A stretch of 38,728 nucleotides of DNA from Trichomonas gallinae (Eukaryota), in NCBI GenBank assembly GCA_008369845.1, contig MRSU01010467.1:1-38728 (forward strand), written 5' to 3'. Positions 1-10,349 of this stretch are shown piece after piece (position 1 is the stretch's first letter; each line of letters starts with the position of its first letter). The position numbers and the translations under genes are program-made. Below the pieces are notes generated by a model. It made no database searches, was not told the origin of the DNA, and saw only the letters and a program-made list of their open reading frames with translations.

Positions 1-281
1 ATCATTATATTAATGCATATAATATACTGGCAAAGTTTGGAGCAAAAATACATTTCTATCGTCATTGGTACACCTCTCTTTGTCAACAACACTATAAATA
101 CATAACAAATTTCAGTTGCATTTTCATCAATTTAGAGAAAAGTCTTCAACTCATTAAATTGTCCAAAATTCAAATTAAAAAACGAAAAGGCATGATATTA
201 TACTTACATTTTGTCCATGAATCTATTTAAATCCAGATCAAACATATTATGGATTCAAACACATAAACATCGAATTAATAT

Positions 282-941
282 TCAAGCTAAAAATAAAAGT
301 TTAATTAATTTAAAAGAAGTAAACAAACTAAAAAATAGATCCTGCGAATCCATAGACCAAATATCAAAGATTGAATAGTTAATATCGACATCGTAAATAG
401 ATCCCATATTTTCTTCGTGATCAGACGGCCAAAAGCCTTTTATCTTAGAATGATAGCACAATAGTTTATAGGTCCCTTGCTGTGTTCGTCGAAAAACTGA
501 TGTTATCACATCGTCTTCAGGTTAGCATTGAGTTAATGTTCAGCACAAGCTTTGCAACAAATTGGAAATCATGTTAATAACAATTTGGCCACCTAACTGT
601 TTGACACGGGTCAAAAATTTATCTATAATATCCTGATCTTGCGATGGTGATTGATTAAAACACTTCCTTATCTTAAATGATTCAAGTGCCTTTTTGAACG
701 GTCGAAGTTTGATTGTATTACAAAGTCAAGTAGTATTTTGGATTGTTTTCATGTTTCCATCGATTTCGAAAAGATTGTAGAGTTTGCTAACGCATGCAAA
801 TGTATTGCCAACGATTACAACAGGAGCGTTCTTTAGCTTCGTTTTATATAGTTCGATTTACTTTTTATGGATTTATGGCGTGATTTTGTAATGATCTATG
901 CTTCTAAATGAATTGAGCATTGAGATACTGTCTTCGCTCAT
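282..941 (-). pseudogene. Probable pseudogene of an unknown protein (about 219 codons, 5 in-frame stops)
   Basis: Manual translation from ATG at 941 runs in one frame into ORF 282..509 (MSEDSISMLNSF...KLKNAPVVIVGNTFACVSKLYNLFE...PEDDVITSVFRR...). Stops at 873-875, 858-860, 726-728, 540-542 and 522-524; no frameshift. Composition is coding-like compared with the flanks. Confidence 0.5.
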
Positions 942-979
942 ATTAACCGATCTGATCTGGGCATGAAACTACACTTCCT

Positions 980-1082
980 TCAAGAGCATTCTGCAAAATG
1001 AAAAAAGCAAATTCAATGAGATTTCAGTTGTTTTTTTTTAGAAATTCATGTGTTCTCAAGAGCATTCTTCAAAATGAAAAAA
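980..1082. repeat. 27-bp direct repeat TCAAGAGCATTCT(G/T)CAAAATGAAAAAA, 2 copies
   Basis: Copies at 980-1006 and 1056-1082 with one mismatch. On the minus strand each contains an Inr-like TCATTT upstream of the putative pseudogene. Confidence 0.85.
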
Positions 1083-1326
1083 TTTAAAAACAAAAATTCT
1101 AAAAAAATAATAGATATTCATGCATCAATCGTAATCATAAAAAAGTTCAATCTTTTCAGTAAAACCGTTTGGAAACATTATGTCAAAGTTTTGGCAATAT
1201 ATAAATATATCAAAAAGATAAATATGAAACAATATATATTAATTATTGATTAATTATTTAAAATTGATTATGATTCTAAGGCTTCGTTTGCCTATATTTC
1301 ACGCTTTTGCCTTTTTTTTCCCCTGA

Positions 1327-3777
1327 CTATAGTGCTCTAGTATCAACTTTGTTCTTCTTCTTTGTAATGATACAAAAAGCAACAACACCAATAATAATTA
1401 AAGCTAAGCATCCACCAAGTGATGCCGCTATGATAATTGTTCTTGATTTATGATTATCTGGTGTTGGCTCAGACGTTGGCTCAGGTGTTGGCGTTGGCAG
1501 CGGCAGAGGTGGATATGGCGCAGGAACAGGCGGAGCGTTTGAAACTTTTTCGACAATTAAATCAACATTACCTTCCAAAGCGAAAGAACTTGCTTTTGCT
1601 TGAGAAAGAGGATGAGCAGTCTTAACGTCGCTGATTGTATCCCAGTACATTATACCTCCAGCGTGCACATCTCTCATGTACTGTGATCTGAAGTAAACTG
1701 AGTTGAATGACGAGAAATAGAAATCATATCCATCTTTGTTAGTCGAATTTGTATCTCTCGTCCAATTTGTGTCCATCAAATACTTAATTGTCTGCTCACC
1801 TTCATATTCTGGCTTATGCTGGCCATCGATGAAGCCGTGAGTAGTTGTTGTTCCGTAGCTCAGCACGATTTTATGATTTGGATATCCATACTTTATCAAA
1901 TTATTGAATACGTTGACGAACTCATTGTTCGAATACAGGTTGATTGATCCTGGGCCGTAGCACTGGAATAATATGTAGTCGAGGTATTGGAAGTATTCTG
2001 CTGGTAGACTGTAGTCATATGCGTGTGGTGTGACAGTAACGAGTTTGTCTTTGTTAACTTTTTGTCGCAATGATTTCAAGAACTCGCCGTAATCTATCCA
2101 TTCTTGCTTGCTGTACGGGAATTCGAAATCAACATCAGTTCCATGGAAATAGTCAACGGAATTGATGATGTCAGCCATATTCTGTGCGAGTTTCTCTCTT
2201 AGAGTGACGTTGTTGAGAGTTGCTGTCCAATCATAGTGATCTTGCCATGAAAGCATGACTCTGTAGCCTCTTCTGCCTTGATATGGTTTAAGGATGACTT
2301 TAATTTGCTCCTTCCATGATAAAATGTTCAATCCGAGGTTTTCTGGATTATCATATTTCCAAAATGAGTCGTATCCGAATAAAACTATCTCTCTTGGAAT
2401 GTATTTCTCCCAATCAGGAATCTCTAAGCCATTCTTGAGGTTTTCTAAGTAGGAGAAATTATATGCTAATTGAGTAAGGGCAGTGTCATCGAAGTAGCCC
2501 TTGAAATTCTCACCCATGATTGTTTCGACATTGGACATACCTGAGAAGTCGCAGATTTTAGGATCTGCGGCACCATGTGGTCCTTCATCAGCATAACCAT
2601 GCCAATCACCGACAACGAACTTGACCTGCTCGAGAGCTGAGTTGCCACTGTTATTTACTGAGAAAGCGAAGAATGTCCACGCGTTTTGAGGTAATTTATT
2701 CTTCAAAATATAATCTTTTCCGCCAATGTGAAGAATTACTGACTTATCGGTGACAGAACCCAATTTCACATAGAAACCTTTGCTTTCATCCAAGGATTTC
2801 TTAACAATAACAGCATTTTCATTCCAATCTTCAATATAAAGCCATGTACCGAAAGTGAAGACTCCCTTGGCAATAGGATAAATACCACAGTTCATGCTCG
2901 CCCCATTGCCACCGAAATGAGCGCAGCCTTTTCTGTTTTTGAATTCTTTGACATATTCAGTGTTTTTGAATTCCGCATTGTTTGGATGATAATCGATCCA
3001 TGCATTGCCTTGTCCATCTGTTTTACCTGAAATTATCAAGAGAGTGTTGACTAATTGGAATTTCTTCATATCTAAATTAGCCCAGCCGAATCTGCGGAAG
3101 TTGATGTATGAAGATACCATTATATACCTGAACATATCATTATCTTCAACAATTTCGCGTGTAACACCTGTTTTTGTCATTGTTCCGTGATTCTTATCAG
3201 TATAATCAACGATATTAGGGCAAGTGAACTGATCAAACTTGTAGTAGCCGATTAAATCACACCACTGTGGATTCAAATCGTTGAGTGTGTTTTGCCAAAA
3301 ATAATTAAATTCGCCTGAAAGTGTGTTGTTATAAATTCTGAGCTCATCAATGCGTCCTTTGAAACCTTCACCTATAAATAATGGCAATTCATCAGCTGGA
3401 AAACTTTTTATTGAATGACTCGAATGAATAATGTTATTATTAATGAAAATTTGTAGTTTTCCATCACCATTCATGATAGTGATATGAGTCCATCTGCCTT
3501 TTTCGAAGCTTGTCGATTGAATTTTGATTTTGCGATTAAGAATATTAAGTTCTAAGCTGTTTTCTTCGGCTAAATTAAGCTGAAATGAATATCCTTTCTC
3601 AATTAAGTGAGCTCCTGTTGTCCATTCATCAGGACACACCCAAAATTGGAAAGTAAACTTTTTAATATTGTCTAGATCTTTGAATCTGCCCAGAGAAAGA
3701 ATGCCATCTCCATTGAATCTCAATGCGTAGTTGGTTGGAAAGTCAGCAGCAATTCGTTGCAGAAATAAAACAAACAT
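1327..3777 (-). CDS. Membrane-anchored glycoside hydrolase family 18 protein (chitinase/ENGase-like) with two LamG/ConA-like domains
   Basis: GH18 catalytic motif FHGTDVDFEFP and terminal GGIMYWD. LamG signatures FTFQFWV..GRWTHI..FKGRIDELRIYN and FTFGTWLY..NAWTFFAF..FKGYFDD. Pro/Thr linker PTPTPEPTSEPTP, C-terminal TM helix, basic tail KKKNK. Confidence 0.88.
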   Translation of the reverse strand: MFVLFLQRIAADFPTNYALRFNGDGILSLGRFKDLDNIKKFTFQFWVCPDEWTTGAHLIEKGYSFQLNLAEENSLELNILNRKIKIQSTSFEKGRWTHITIMNGDGKLQIFINNNIIHSSHSIKSFPADELPLFIGEGFKGRIDELRIYNNTLSGEFNYFWQNTLNDLNPQWCDLIGYYKFDQFTCPNIVDYTDKNHGTMTKTGVTREIVEDNDMFRYIMVSSYINFRRFGWANLDMKKFQLVNTLLIISGKTDGQGNAWIDYHPNNAEFKNTEYVKEFKNRKGCAHFGGNGASMNCGIYPIAKGVFTFGTWLYIEDWNENAVIVKKSLDESKGFYVKLGSVTDKSVILHIGGKDYILKNKLPQNAWTFFAFSVNNSGNSALEQVKFVVGDWHGYADEGPHGAADPKICDFSGMSNVETIMGENFKGYFDDTALTQLAYNFSYLENLKNGLEIPDWEKYIPREIVLFGYDSFWKYDNPENLGLNILSWKEQIKVILKPYQGRRGYRVMLSWQDHYDWTATLNNVTLREKLAQNMADIINSVDYFHGTDVDFEFPYSKQEWIDYGEFLKSLRQKVNKDKLVTVTPHAYDYSLPAEYFQYLDYILFQCYGPGSINLYSNNEFVNVFNNLIKYGYPNHKIVLSYGTTTTHGFIDGQHKPEYEGEQTIKYLMDTNWTRDTNSTNKDGYDFYFSSFNSVYFRSQYMRDVHAGGIMYWDTISDVKTAHPLSQAKASSFALEGNVDLIVEKVSNAPPVPAPYPPLPLPTPTPEPTSEPTPDNHKSRTIIIAASLGGCLALIIIGVVAFCIITKKKNKVDTRAL

Positions 3778-5212
3778 CAGGATAACTATGACAAAAATGG
3801 CAAAGCAACTGTCATCAGCAGAAATTCGCCAAGCTGTAAACTATTCAATTTGAAATAAGGATAAAGAATAAATATTAATTATAGATTAAAAATAACGAAA
3901 ATATATGAATTCACTTTTGAGAATTTTATATGCCAAAAGAGGAAATTTGAAAAACCATTTGATTTCTCATAAGAGGCGCTAATATGTCTGTGCAAAAAGT
4001 GAAGTGCTATATGTAAGTATACAAATTGACAACAAACTAAAATCATATTGGTAAATGCATTGTATATTGATAAGTATATTATATTGAAATTTTCAGGTCT
4101 AAAATATCCATTTAAGTAAATTTGCCTATTATTCTTTTCGTGTTTTTCCCTTAATATTTTGACCACTTTAATATATTCATCTGCCTAGTTTAGTTGAGAA
4201 GTTGCATTGTCATAATACTTTTTTGGGCAGAATTTTTTTTCTTTTTGAAATCTAAAAAAATATAGATAACATATATGATATTAAGTCATAATATGAATGA
4301 TAAGGTGCGTTCAAAATCAGAGTAAGTCTGAACGCCTCAATTCTCTCAATTACCGACGGTTTTAAAATAATACCTAAATATGTTATCAATTAATATACTA
4401 AAGTTTTTAACTTCGATTTCAATTTTTTTCGAAAAAAAAAAATTGAGAAAAATGCAGGAAGATTTGAAAATGGATAGTTCCTAAATATATCTAAGATGCT
4501 AGTTTTGCATTTTAAAATCTTTCTGATAAACACCAATTTTTTTTTGGCATAGTGAATATTTAAATAAGGATTCTAGTTCTTGATAGTTGCTGGTTAATGA
4601 GGTTAATCAAATGATAGTAAAATTGGAAGAATGTTTAATTACTTGAGAATTATTTCGTAGGATATGGTAACAACATCAATACCATTCATCTTAAATATGA
4701 GATATGTACTAAGTTTTCTCCTTATACTGGAAAATATGTCAGTTATGGAATTAAAATTAAGTATTATGAAAGAGAGAATCATAATTCTTGGAACATTGGA
4801 TCAGTGGAAAATCTACAAATATTTAATTGCAAGCTACTTGCCTTTTTTTGAGGGATATACAAGAAATACAAGCAGAATTGGTAAATCTTAAACGATCGCT
4901 ATTTGATTGTAAATTATTTTACATGTCATTTATTTCATGTAAAGTGGAACAAAAAATTGAGCAACTTAAAAAAAAAAAAAAAAGATCATATAACTGACAT
5001 CATTCCATTTTGATTTTTTCCCCAAGTTTTGGAATTAAACTCAGCAAAACAACTCTATTTCTTGCTTCACATTTTGATCATCATGATATCATAAGAATTG
5101 TAAAAATATCATGCTGCATGTGATTGTTTAGGAGACGAAATCGCTATATAGCACTCTCGCTAAAGATTTTTTTTCACCAATTTCGGATGCAGCCCCTATT
5201 TAATTTTTTTTA

Positions 5213-6520
5213 ATGTTAAGATGCCATAGAGATAATATAACAATTTTACGTGAGAGAAATGTTCCCAGATCCAAACAAAAGAGGTCAACAGATGGAACAT
5301 TTATCACATCAGATAAACGTGAAGAATTAATCGAAGAAAAAGGACTACAACCGGAATTTTTTGTAAATTTTTTACCAATTGTTTCTATTTCTTCATGGAA
5401 GAAAGAACTTATGAAAACATCGCAGCTTTCTGTTAAAGTAGCAATAGCTTCACTCGAAAGTGCAGTCAAAAAAGCGCAAAATATGTTTAATAACTCAGAA
5501 CAACGAGCAACAGAACTAGTAGAAGAATACAACCAGATTGAAGCTAGAATATGTACATTCAAAGGCCGTGGATTAAGGGAATACAGACAAATATTTTTTT
5601 TATTGTGCTATTTAGCGAAATTACGTACAAAAAAGGAATATGTCATCATTAGTGAGTCAGATAATATCATAAAGCACGTAAATTCATTAATTACAGTACT
5701 AAATCGTCCAATTCATTACGAAAATATCTATTTTGCATGTGATATTGAAGGATACGTATCATCAAAGCCAGGAAACTCAGCTCAAATAAAGAAATATACA
5801 AAGAAAATCGCTTTTCTCGAAGAATATGTTAAATGGCCAAATTTTTTACCGCCACCAACAGATTTTGTTGAACAATTGATATATCCTACATGTGACACGT
5901 ATAAAATACTCAAAAAGATAGCAGAAAATGCTCAAACAAAATCAATCGAAAAGATTTTTGAAGAATTTCATGAAATGACTGATGATTTCGAAGAATTCGT
6001 CATTCTTCTCGATCATGCTTTCGACATGGGATGGACAACAGTCGATTTTCCATATCTTTGCATGCAGCCAGGAAAAATTAAATTATTTTTGAAAGTCACT
6101 CCAAGGGCATTAAATGTTGATTATATCCCAGAAGAGTTCATGGATGTAACCATAAATGAACTACAGGGACGGCATTGGCCATATTCCAGTGTTGTTGATA
6201 TAATGATTTCAATTCTATTTGAAACTAATCCAGTAAGGATGGCTAACATATTCAATACATCACTTGAAGAAATATCTATAGTAATTGACAAATTATACCC
6301 AGATCACGATGATATTGACTTTGATACAGTTTTTTCTATTGCAGTTCTCGCTTTGATGGCTTCCGGCATTCTTGCAGAAGAAAAGATACTTGCATACATT
6401 TCACAGATCTCGTTGCTCGAGATAAGTAACACATTCACACAAATCGGAGCAACTTATGCAGCAACAGCTCTAAATCATATTCTATCCCTTGATGAAGACG
6501 AACTTACTAATATCAGCTGA
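5213..6520 (+). CDS. Hypothetical protein with N-terminal coiled coil and possibly VPS9-like helical C-terminus
   Basis: 435-aa ORF with ATG start. DIDFDTVFSIAVLAL loosely recalls the VPS9 ADDLLP region; that assignment is weak. Confidence 0.75.
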   Translation: MLRCHRDNITILRERNVPRSKQKRSTDGTFITSDKREELIEEKGLQPEFFVNFLPIVSISSWKKELMKTSQLSVKVAIASLESAVKKAQNMFNNSEQRATELVEEYNQIEARICTFKGRGLREYRQIFFLLCYLAKLRTKKEYVIISESDNIIKHVNSLITVLNRPIHYENIYFACDIEGYVSSKPGNSAQIKKYTKKIAFLEEYVKWPNFLPPPTDFVEQLIYPTCDTYKILKKIAENAQTKSIEKIFEEFHEMTDDFEEFVILLDHAFDMGWTTVDFPYLCMQPGKIKLFLKVTPRALNVDYIPEEFMDVTINELQGRHWPYSSVVDIMISILFETNPVRMANIFNTSLEEISIVIDKLYPDHDDIDFDTVFSIAVLALMASGILAEEKILAYISQISLLEISNTFTQIGATYAATALNHILSLDEDELTNIS

Positions 6521-7069
6521 TATAATATGCTAGATCTCATTATATTCAAAACCATTAATTTGTGAGAGCTCATAGAAAATTTCTTTGAGTTAATTCAATT
6601 GTTATCACCTTTAGATTTTCTCTTTTTGCTATGATAGAAAAATCAAATGTTAAGATTACAAAAATCATATAACACACAGCATGCATTTGATGCTAGATTA
6701 TAATGCTGTGAATCGAGAAAAATATCACGCAATTTTTTATTCGATAAATCGTGCAATGAAGACCTATGATCATCAATGTACAAAGATATACTGATATTTT
6801 TGCTTAATCCTAATATTGTACTATGTAATGTTACACTGAAAACGCAGCATCTATCGTTTTTATATATGATAAGAACTTTCCTTTTTAATTATACAATTCA
6901 TCAACTTTTTTGAAAACGTAAACGCAAGGACTATTTTTGTTTTTATAAAAGCTCAATTTGAAAATGTTACATTCCTCCATTCGAATATGTAATATGTCAC
7001 TTTTTGTTTAAAATTTTAATAAGGTTAATTCCTTTATATTTTTTGCAGACCCTAATATTTTTGCTTAAA

Positions 7070-9679
7070 ATGTCGAATCCATTTCCTTCATTTCTTCAGA
7101 GACGATATAGTCCTTGTGTTTACGTTTTCGTATCTGAAGAAGCTAAATTAGTGTGTCCTGACTATAAAAATCTGATTCGTTCGGCATTTGGCGAAGTAAT
7201 TAAAGAAAACAGCATTTATTACAGATTAATATTTCCAGATGAGCTATATAAAGAGAGCGAAATCATTTCTTCACTGCAAAACATCAAAAGAAACAACCCA
7301 ATTTTCCCTGATGCGAAACAAAAAAGATACGAATTCTCAACTATATCAACTTTACGTAGGAAATTGATAAAATACGACTTCCTTTCTCCATATAACTTCG
7401 CAGACATACCAATAGGAATACTTGCAGTCATTTCTGGCTCAGAATTACCTGCAATTCCTTTGGGCACTTTCCCTAAGTGGTCTAGGAAGCTAATTGAGAA
7501 TACAAAGGCTAATTCACTTCGTTTACCAGCCGCTGATTGTGCTTGTTCGCTTACAAAATTCGTGCAATTAATTTTAAACAAAAGATACGAAATGATTACA
7601 CAAAGCATGAAAGAATCATATGACAAGAACTGGGGTGATCTTAAACAGTCATTTTTCAGCATGCTTGACTCATTTGGAGTCGAATCACAGAGAATTATCG
7701 ACTTAAAATATTATGCCGACCTTAAATTACAGCAGAAACAGTATCAAGATGCAATAAATGCATATACACTACTTCTCAATAACACAGCAGCCACAGAAAA
7801 CTCGATTGCAACTGAATCTCAGTTTATGTTATCAATTTCAGATATTTTAAAAGGCACAGCTGGTGTGCAAACGCTTCAATCTCTTTTGACATCAATGAAT
7901 TTGTCAAGATCTTACATACATATAACGAAATGCGCTCTTGTTGAATTTTATGTAAGAGCAACAATAGGAACGAACCCAACTACTGCTTTATTTCCACTTG
8001 TTAGAGAGCAGAACTCACAGCTTGCAAAGTTTTTGGCTCCATTTGCTAAAGAACAAATTGCTCATTTAATGAAACCGCGTCATGCTGCCGCAAAGTTTGC
8101 TTTCACGGCCCAGGAGTTCAGCAACCTTGAGCTGTTTAATTATACTCACCAAGATCTCATTGCTGCTTTAACACCATTATTAATTGATCATTGGGACTGG
8201 TTAATGCAGTCTACTTTAGAGCAGGCAATGAAAATAGGACCTATCCATGATGATGCAAAAATAGCTCTCGCTTCCTGCCAAACTGTTTCGAATCCATTAG
8301 TTTTTGAGCAAATTTTGCAAGGCGGAAAATATAAATGCGGATTTATTACAGCCAAGCTTTGCTCTTTCTTTTCCGAAGGATATCCATGTACAGAGCCACT
8401 AGAGTTCGATGGTGATTGGGTAGAGACTGCTGAAAGATTATTCGGTGCATATAAACCAGGCACTTTTTTCAACGCTAGTTTTCTGCAACATAAAGAATGC
8501 TTAGTTGGCGAGCAAGTAGACATCAGAACATTGCTTATGTCAGATTGTGGTGACATTCAGATGACAAAGATGCGTCTGAAGGTATCCGGTGATGCCAGGG
8601 CTGATTTGGTGTCGGCAACAATCGCTAGATCAACTATGGCAGATGTAAACTTGTCATTTATTCCAACTCAAGCTGGCACACTTGTAGTAGAAGGCGTTGA
8701 ATTCTGCTGGGGATCAACACTAGTTGAGTTCTACTGCGATTTCAAGAAACCACTTGTTTTCAGTGTCTACGACAAATCTCCTAAACTCAAAGTAGAAATG
8801 ATCGACAAAAAGATGACATTTTATGAAGGCGAAATTTGTCAATTTACGTTTTCATTACAAAATGGAGACATTCCATTGACTCATGTTATGTTTTACACAT
8901 GTGGACTTCCTGTTAAACTCATTGAGCCGCAGATAGAAGAAGTCTGCCAGATGTATCCTGTTGGATCAATGTCAAGAAATGAATCGAAGTTTTTCAGAAT
9001 TTCATTGCTCGCTAAATCAGTTGGTTTCACTCACACGCATTTATTGATATCGTATTGGAACAGAGAATTCGGGCCAGCAAGATATGTTCACGTGGATTTG
9101 ATGTGCAATGTCAAAAAAGTACCAGAAATTGAAATGACAAAAAGTGATAGCTTTTTGACAATTAAAACTCCTATTGACAGCGAGTCTATTGGATTCACAC
9201 ATCCATATTCAGATCCAGATCCTTATACTACTAAAGACCAAAATGAAATAATGTTCAGACTAGTTTCAGATGAATCTCAACATAAAACGGTTCTGCCAGA
9301 TTTCATCCAACCGTTTTTCGTCAACGACACAATGAGATACTGGTTCAAAACGAAATTTGGAGTATGTTCGATCCCAATCGCACAGTATGTTCACCCTCTG
9401 CGCGTCTTAGTATCGAGAATTGGTTTTGGTAAATACAGACTTTGCTTGAAAAATGCTGGAAAAGATACAATAAATGATGTCAAAATTATCGTCATTGAGC
9501 AAGAGAATACTGTTAACTATGTTTTGTCAGGAAAAAGTATTGTCGTTGTAGATAATTTGTATGCAGATTATGATGTTAACGTTGAACTTAATTTTGTTTT
9601 ATTCCAGAAGCAAGTTTACGCGAATCTTCTCATTTCATATGAATTGTTTTGCATTACACAGAAAATTTTAATCGAATAA
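7070..9679 (+). CDS. TRAPP III subunit TRAPPC8/Trs85-like protein
   Basis: First ATG at 7070 (the ORF track starts at an upstream TTG); GTCACTTT Inr at 6996-7003. Alpha-solenoid segment YADLKLQQKQYQDAINAY followed by Ig-like segments (CLVGEQVDI, LSFIPTQAGTLVVEGVEF, FYEGEICQFTFSLQN), as in large TRAPP subunits. Confidence 0.6.
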   Translation: MSNPFPSFLQRRYSPCVYVFVSEEAKLVCPDYKNLIRSAFGEVIKENSIYYRLIFPDELYKESEIISSLQNIKRNNPIFPDAKQKRYEFSTISTLRRKLIKYDFLSPYNFADIPIGILAVISGSELPAIPLGTFPKWSRKLIENTKANSLRLPAADCACSLTKFVQLILNKRYEMITQSMKESYDKNWGDLKQSFFSMLDSFGVESQRIIDLKYYADLKLQQKQYQDAINAYTLLLNNTAATENSIATESQFMLSISDILKGTAGVQTLQSLLTSMNLSRSYIHITKCALVEFYVRATIGTNPTTALFPLVREQNSQLAKFLAPFAKEQIAHLMKPRHAAAKFAFTAQEFSNLELFNYTHQDLIAALTPLLIDHWDWLMQSTLEQAMKIGPIHDDAKIALASCQTVSNPLVFEQILQGGKYKCGFITAKLCSFFSEGYPCTEPLEFDGDWVETAERLFGAYKPGTFFNASFLQHKECLVGEQVDIRTLLMSDCGDIQMTKMRLKVSGDARADLVSATIARSTMADVNLSFIPTQAGTLVVEGVEFCWGSTLVEFYCDFKKPLVFSVYDKSPKLKVEMIDKKMTFYEGEICQFTFSLQNGDIPLTHVMFYTCGLPVKLIEPQIEEVCQMYPVGSMSRNESKFFRISLLAKSVGFTHTHLLISYWNREFGPARYVHVDLMCNVKKVPEIEMTKSDSFLTIKTPIDSESIGFTHPYSDPDPYTTKDQNEIMFRLVSDESQHKTVLPDFIQPFFVNDTMRYWFKTKFGVCSIPIAQYVHPLRVLVSRIGFGKYRLCLKNAGKDTINDVKIIVIEQENTVNYVLSGKSIVVVDNLYADYDVNVELNFVLFQKQVYANLLISYELFCITQKILIE

Positions 9680-10333
9680 ATATATTGTTTTGTATTCTAT
9701 CAAAAATAGAATATTTTTATTCTAGCTTATACCTGTTTTGCTTGTCAATAAATTATATTATCAAATATTTAGCTGTGCTGGAAATTAATGGCTAGGTGGT
9801 ATTTATAGTCCAAAAGACTTTATTCAATAATTTATGTGTCATCGTCAAAATGGCCGACCTCACGTACAAAACCAATATAATAGATATCAATTTCCTTCAG
9901 AGACAAGGCATCATGATGAGCTGCTTGAAAAAAGTTATTAAACCAATTATTGATCATTTTCAAAACAAAGGTAGACTTTTTATGATGATATGCTGTATTA
10001 TTTGCGGTTGCTTAACAAGCTATTTAGGAATAATTTCCACATTTTATTGCAAGAGTTATGTTTTTTACGTCGGAAAATCGACATAAAAATTTGTTTAACC
10101 GGAAACTATAAAGCATAGAAAAATACATACTATTGTATGCTATACATTTTTACAATTTTGAGTGTTCAATTCCTACTAGAAACCGATTTTAAGTCGATTT
10201 TTGAAAAAATATATTCTGCAGATTTGAATGCATTAATATAATATATAGTTGCATTATAGAAATTTGTATTATTTAAAATTGCTCTTTTGCATTTATTTTC
10301 TTGTATTTTTGATTTTTTTTAAAAAAATTAATA

Positions 10334-10341
10334 AAAGTGAC
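10334..10341 (+). promoter_or_regulatory. AAAGTGAC core promoter motif (trichomonad M2; reverse complement contains Inr TCACT)
   Basis: 8 nt before ATG 10350. The same octamer, in either orientation, occurs at 6996, 14106, 15155, 17639, 17682, 17749, 21710, 22520, 25993 and 31183, mostly near gene starts. Confidence 0.7.
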
Positions 10342-10349
10342 ATTAAAAA

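Noticed and set aside
6668..6679. TATAACACACAG, resembling the trichomonad intron 3' motif ACTAACACACAG
   Set aside because: The branch-point core is mismatched, no GTAYGT donor is seen upstream, and there is no exon to join.
7024..7048. 25-nt GT...AG segment in the 5' leader of the TRAPPC8-like gene
   Set aside because: The length fits short trichomonad introns, but the CTAAC branch point is absent.
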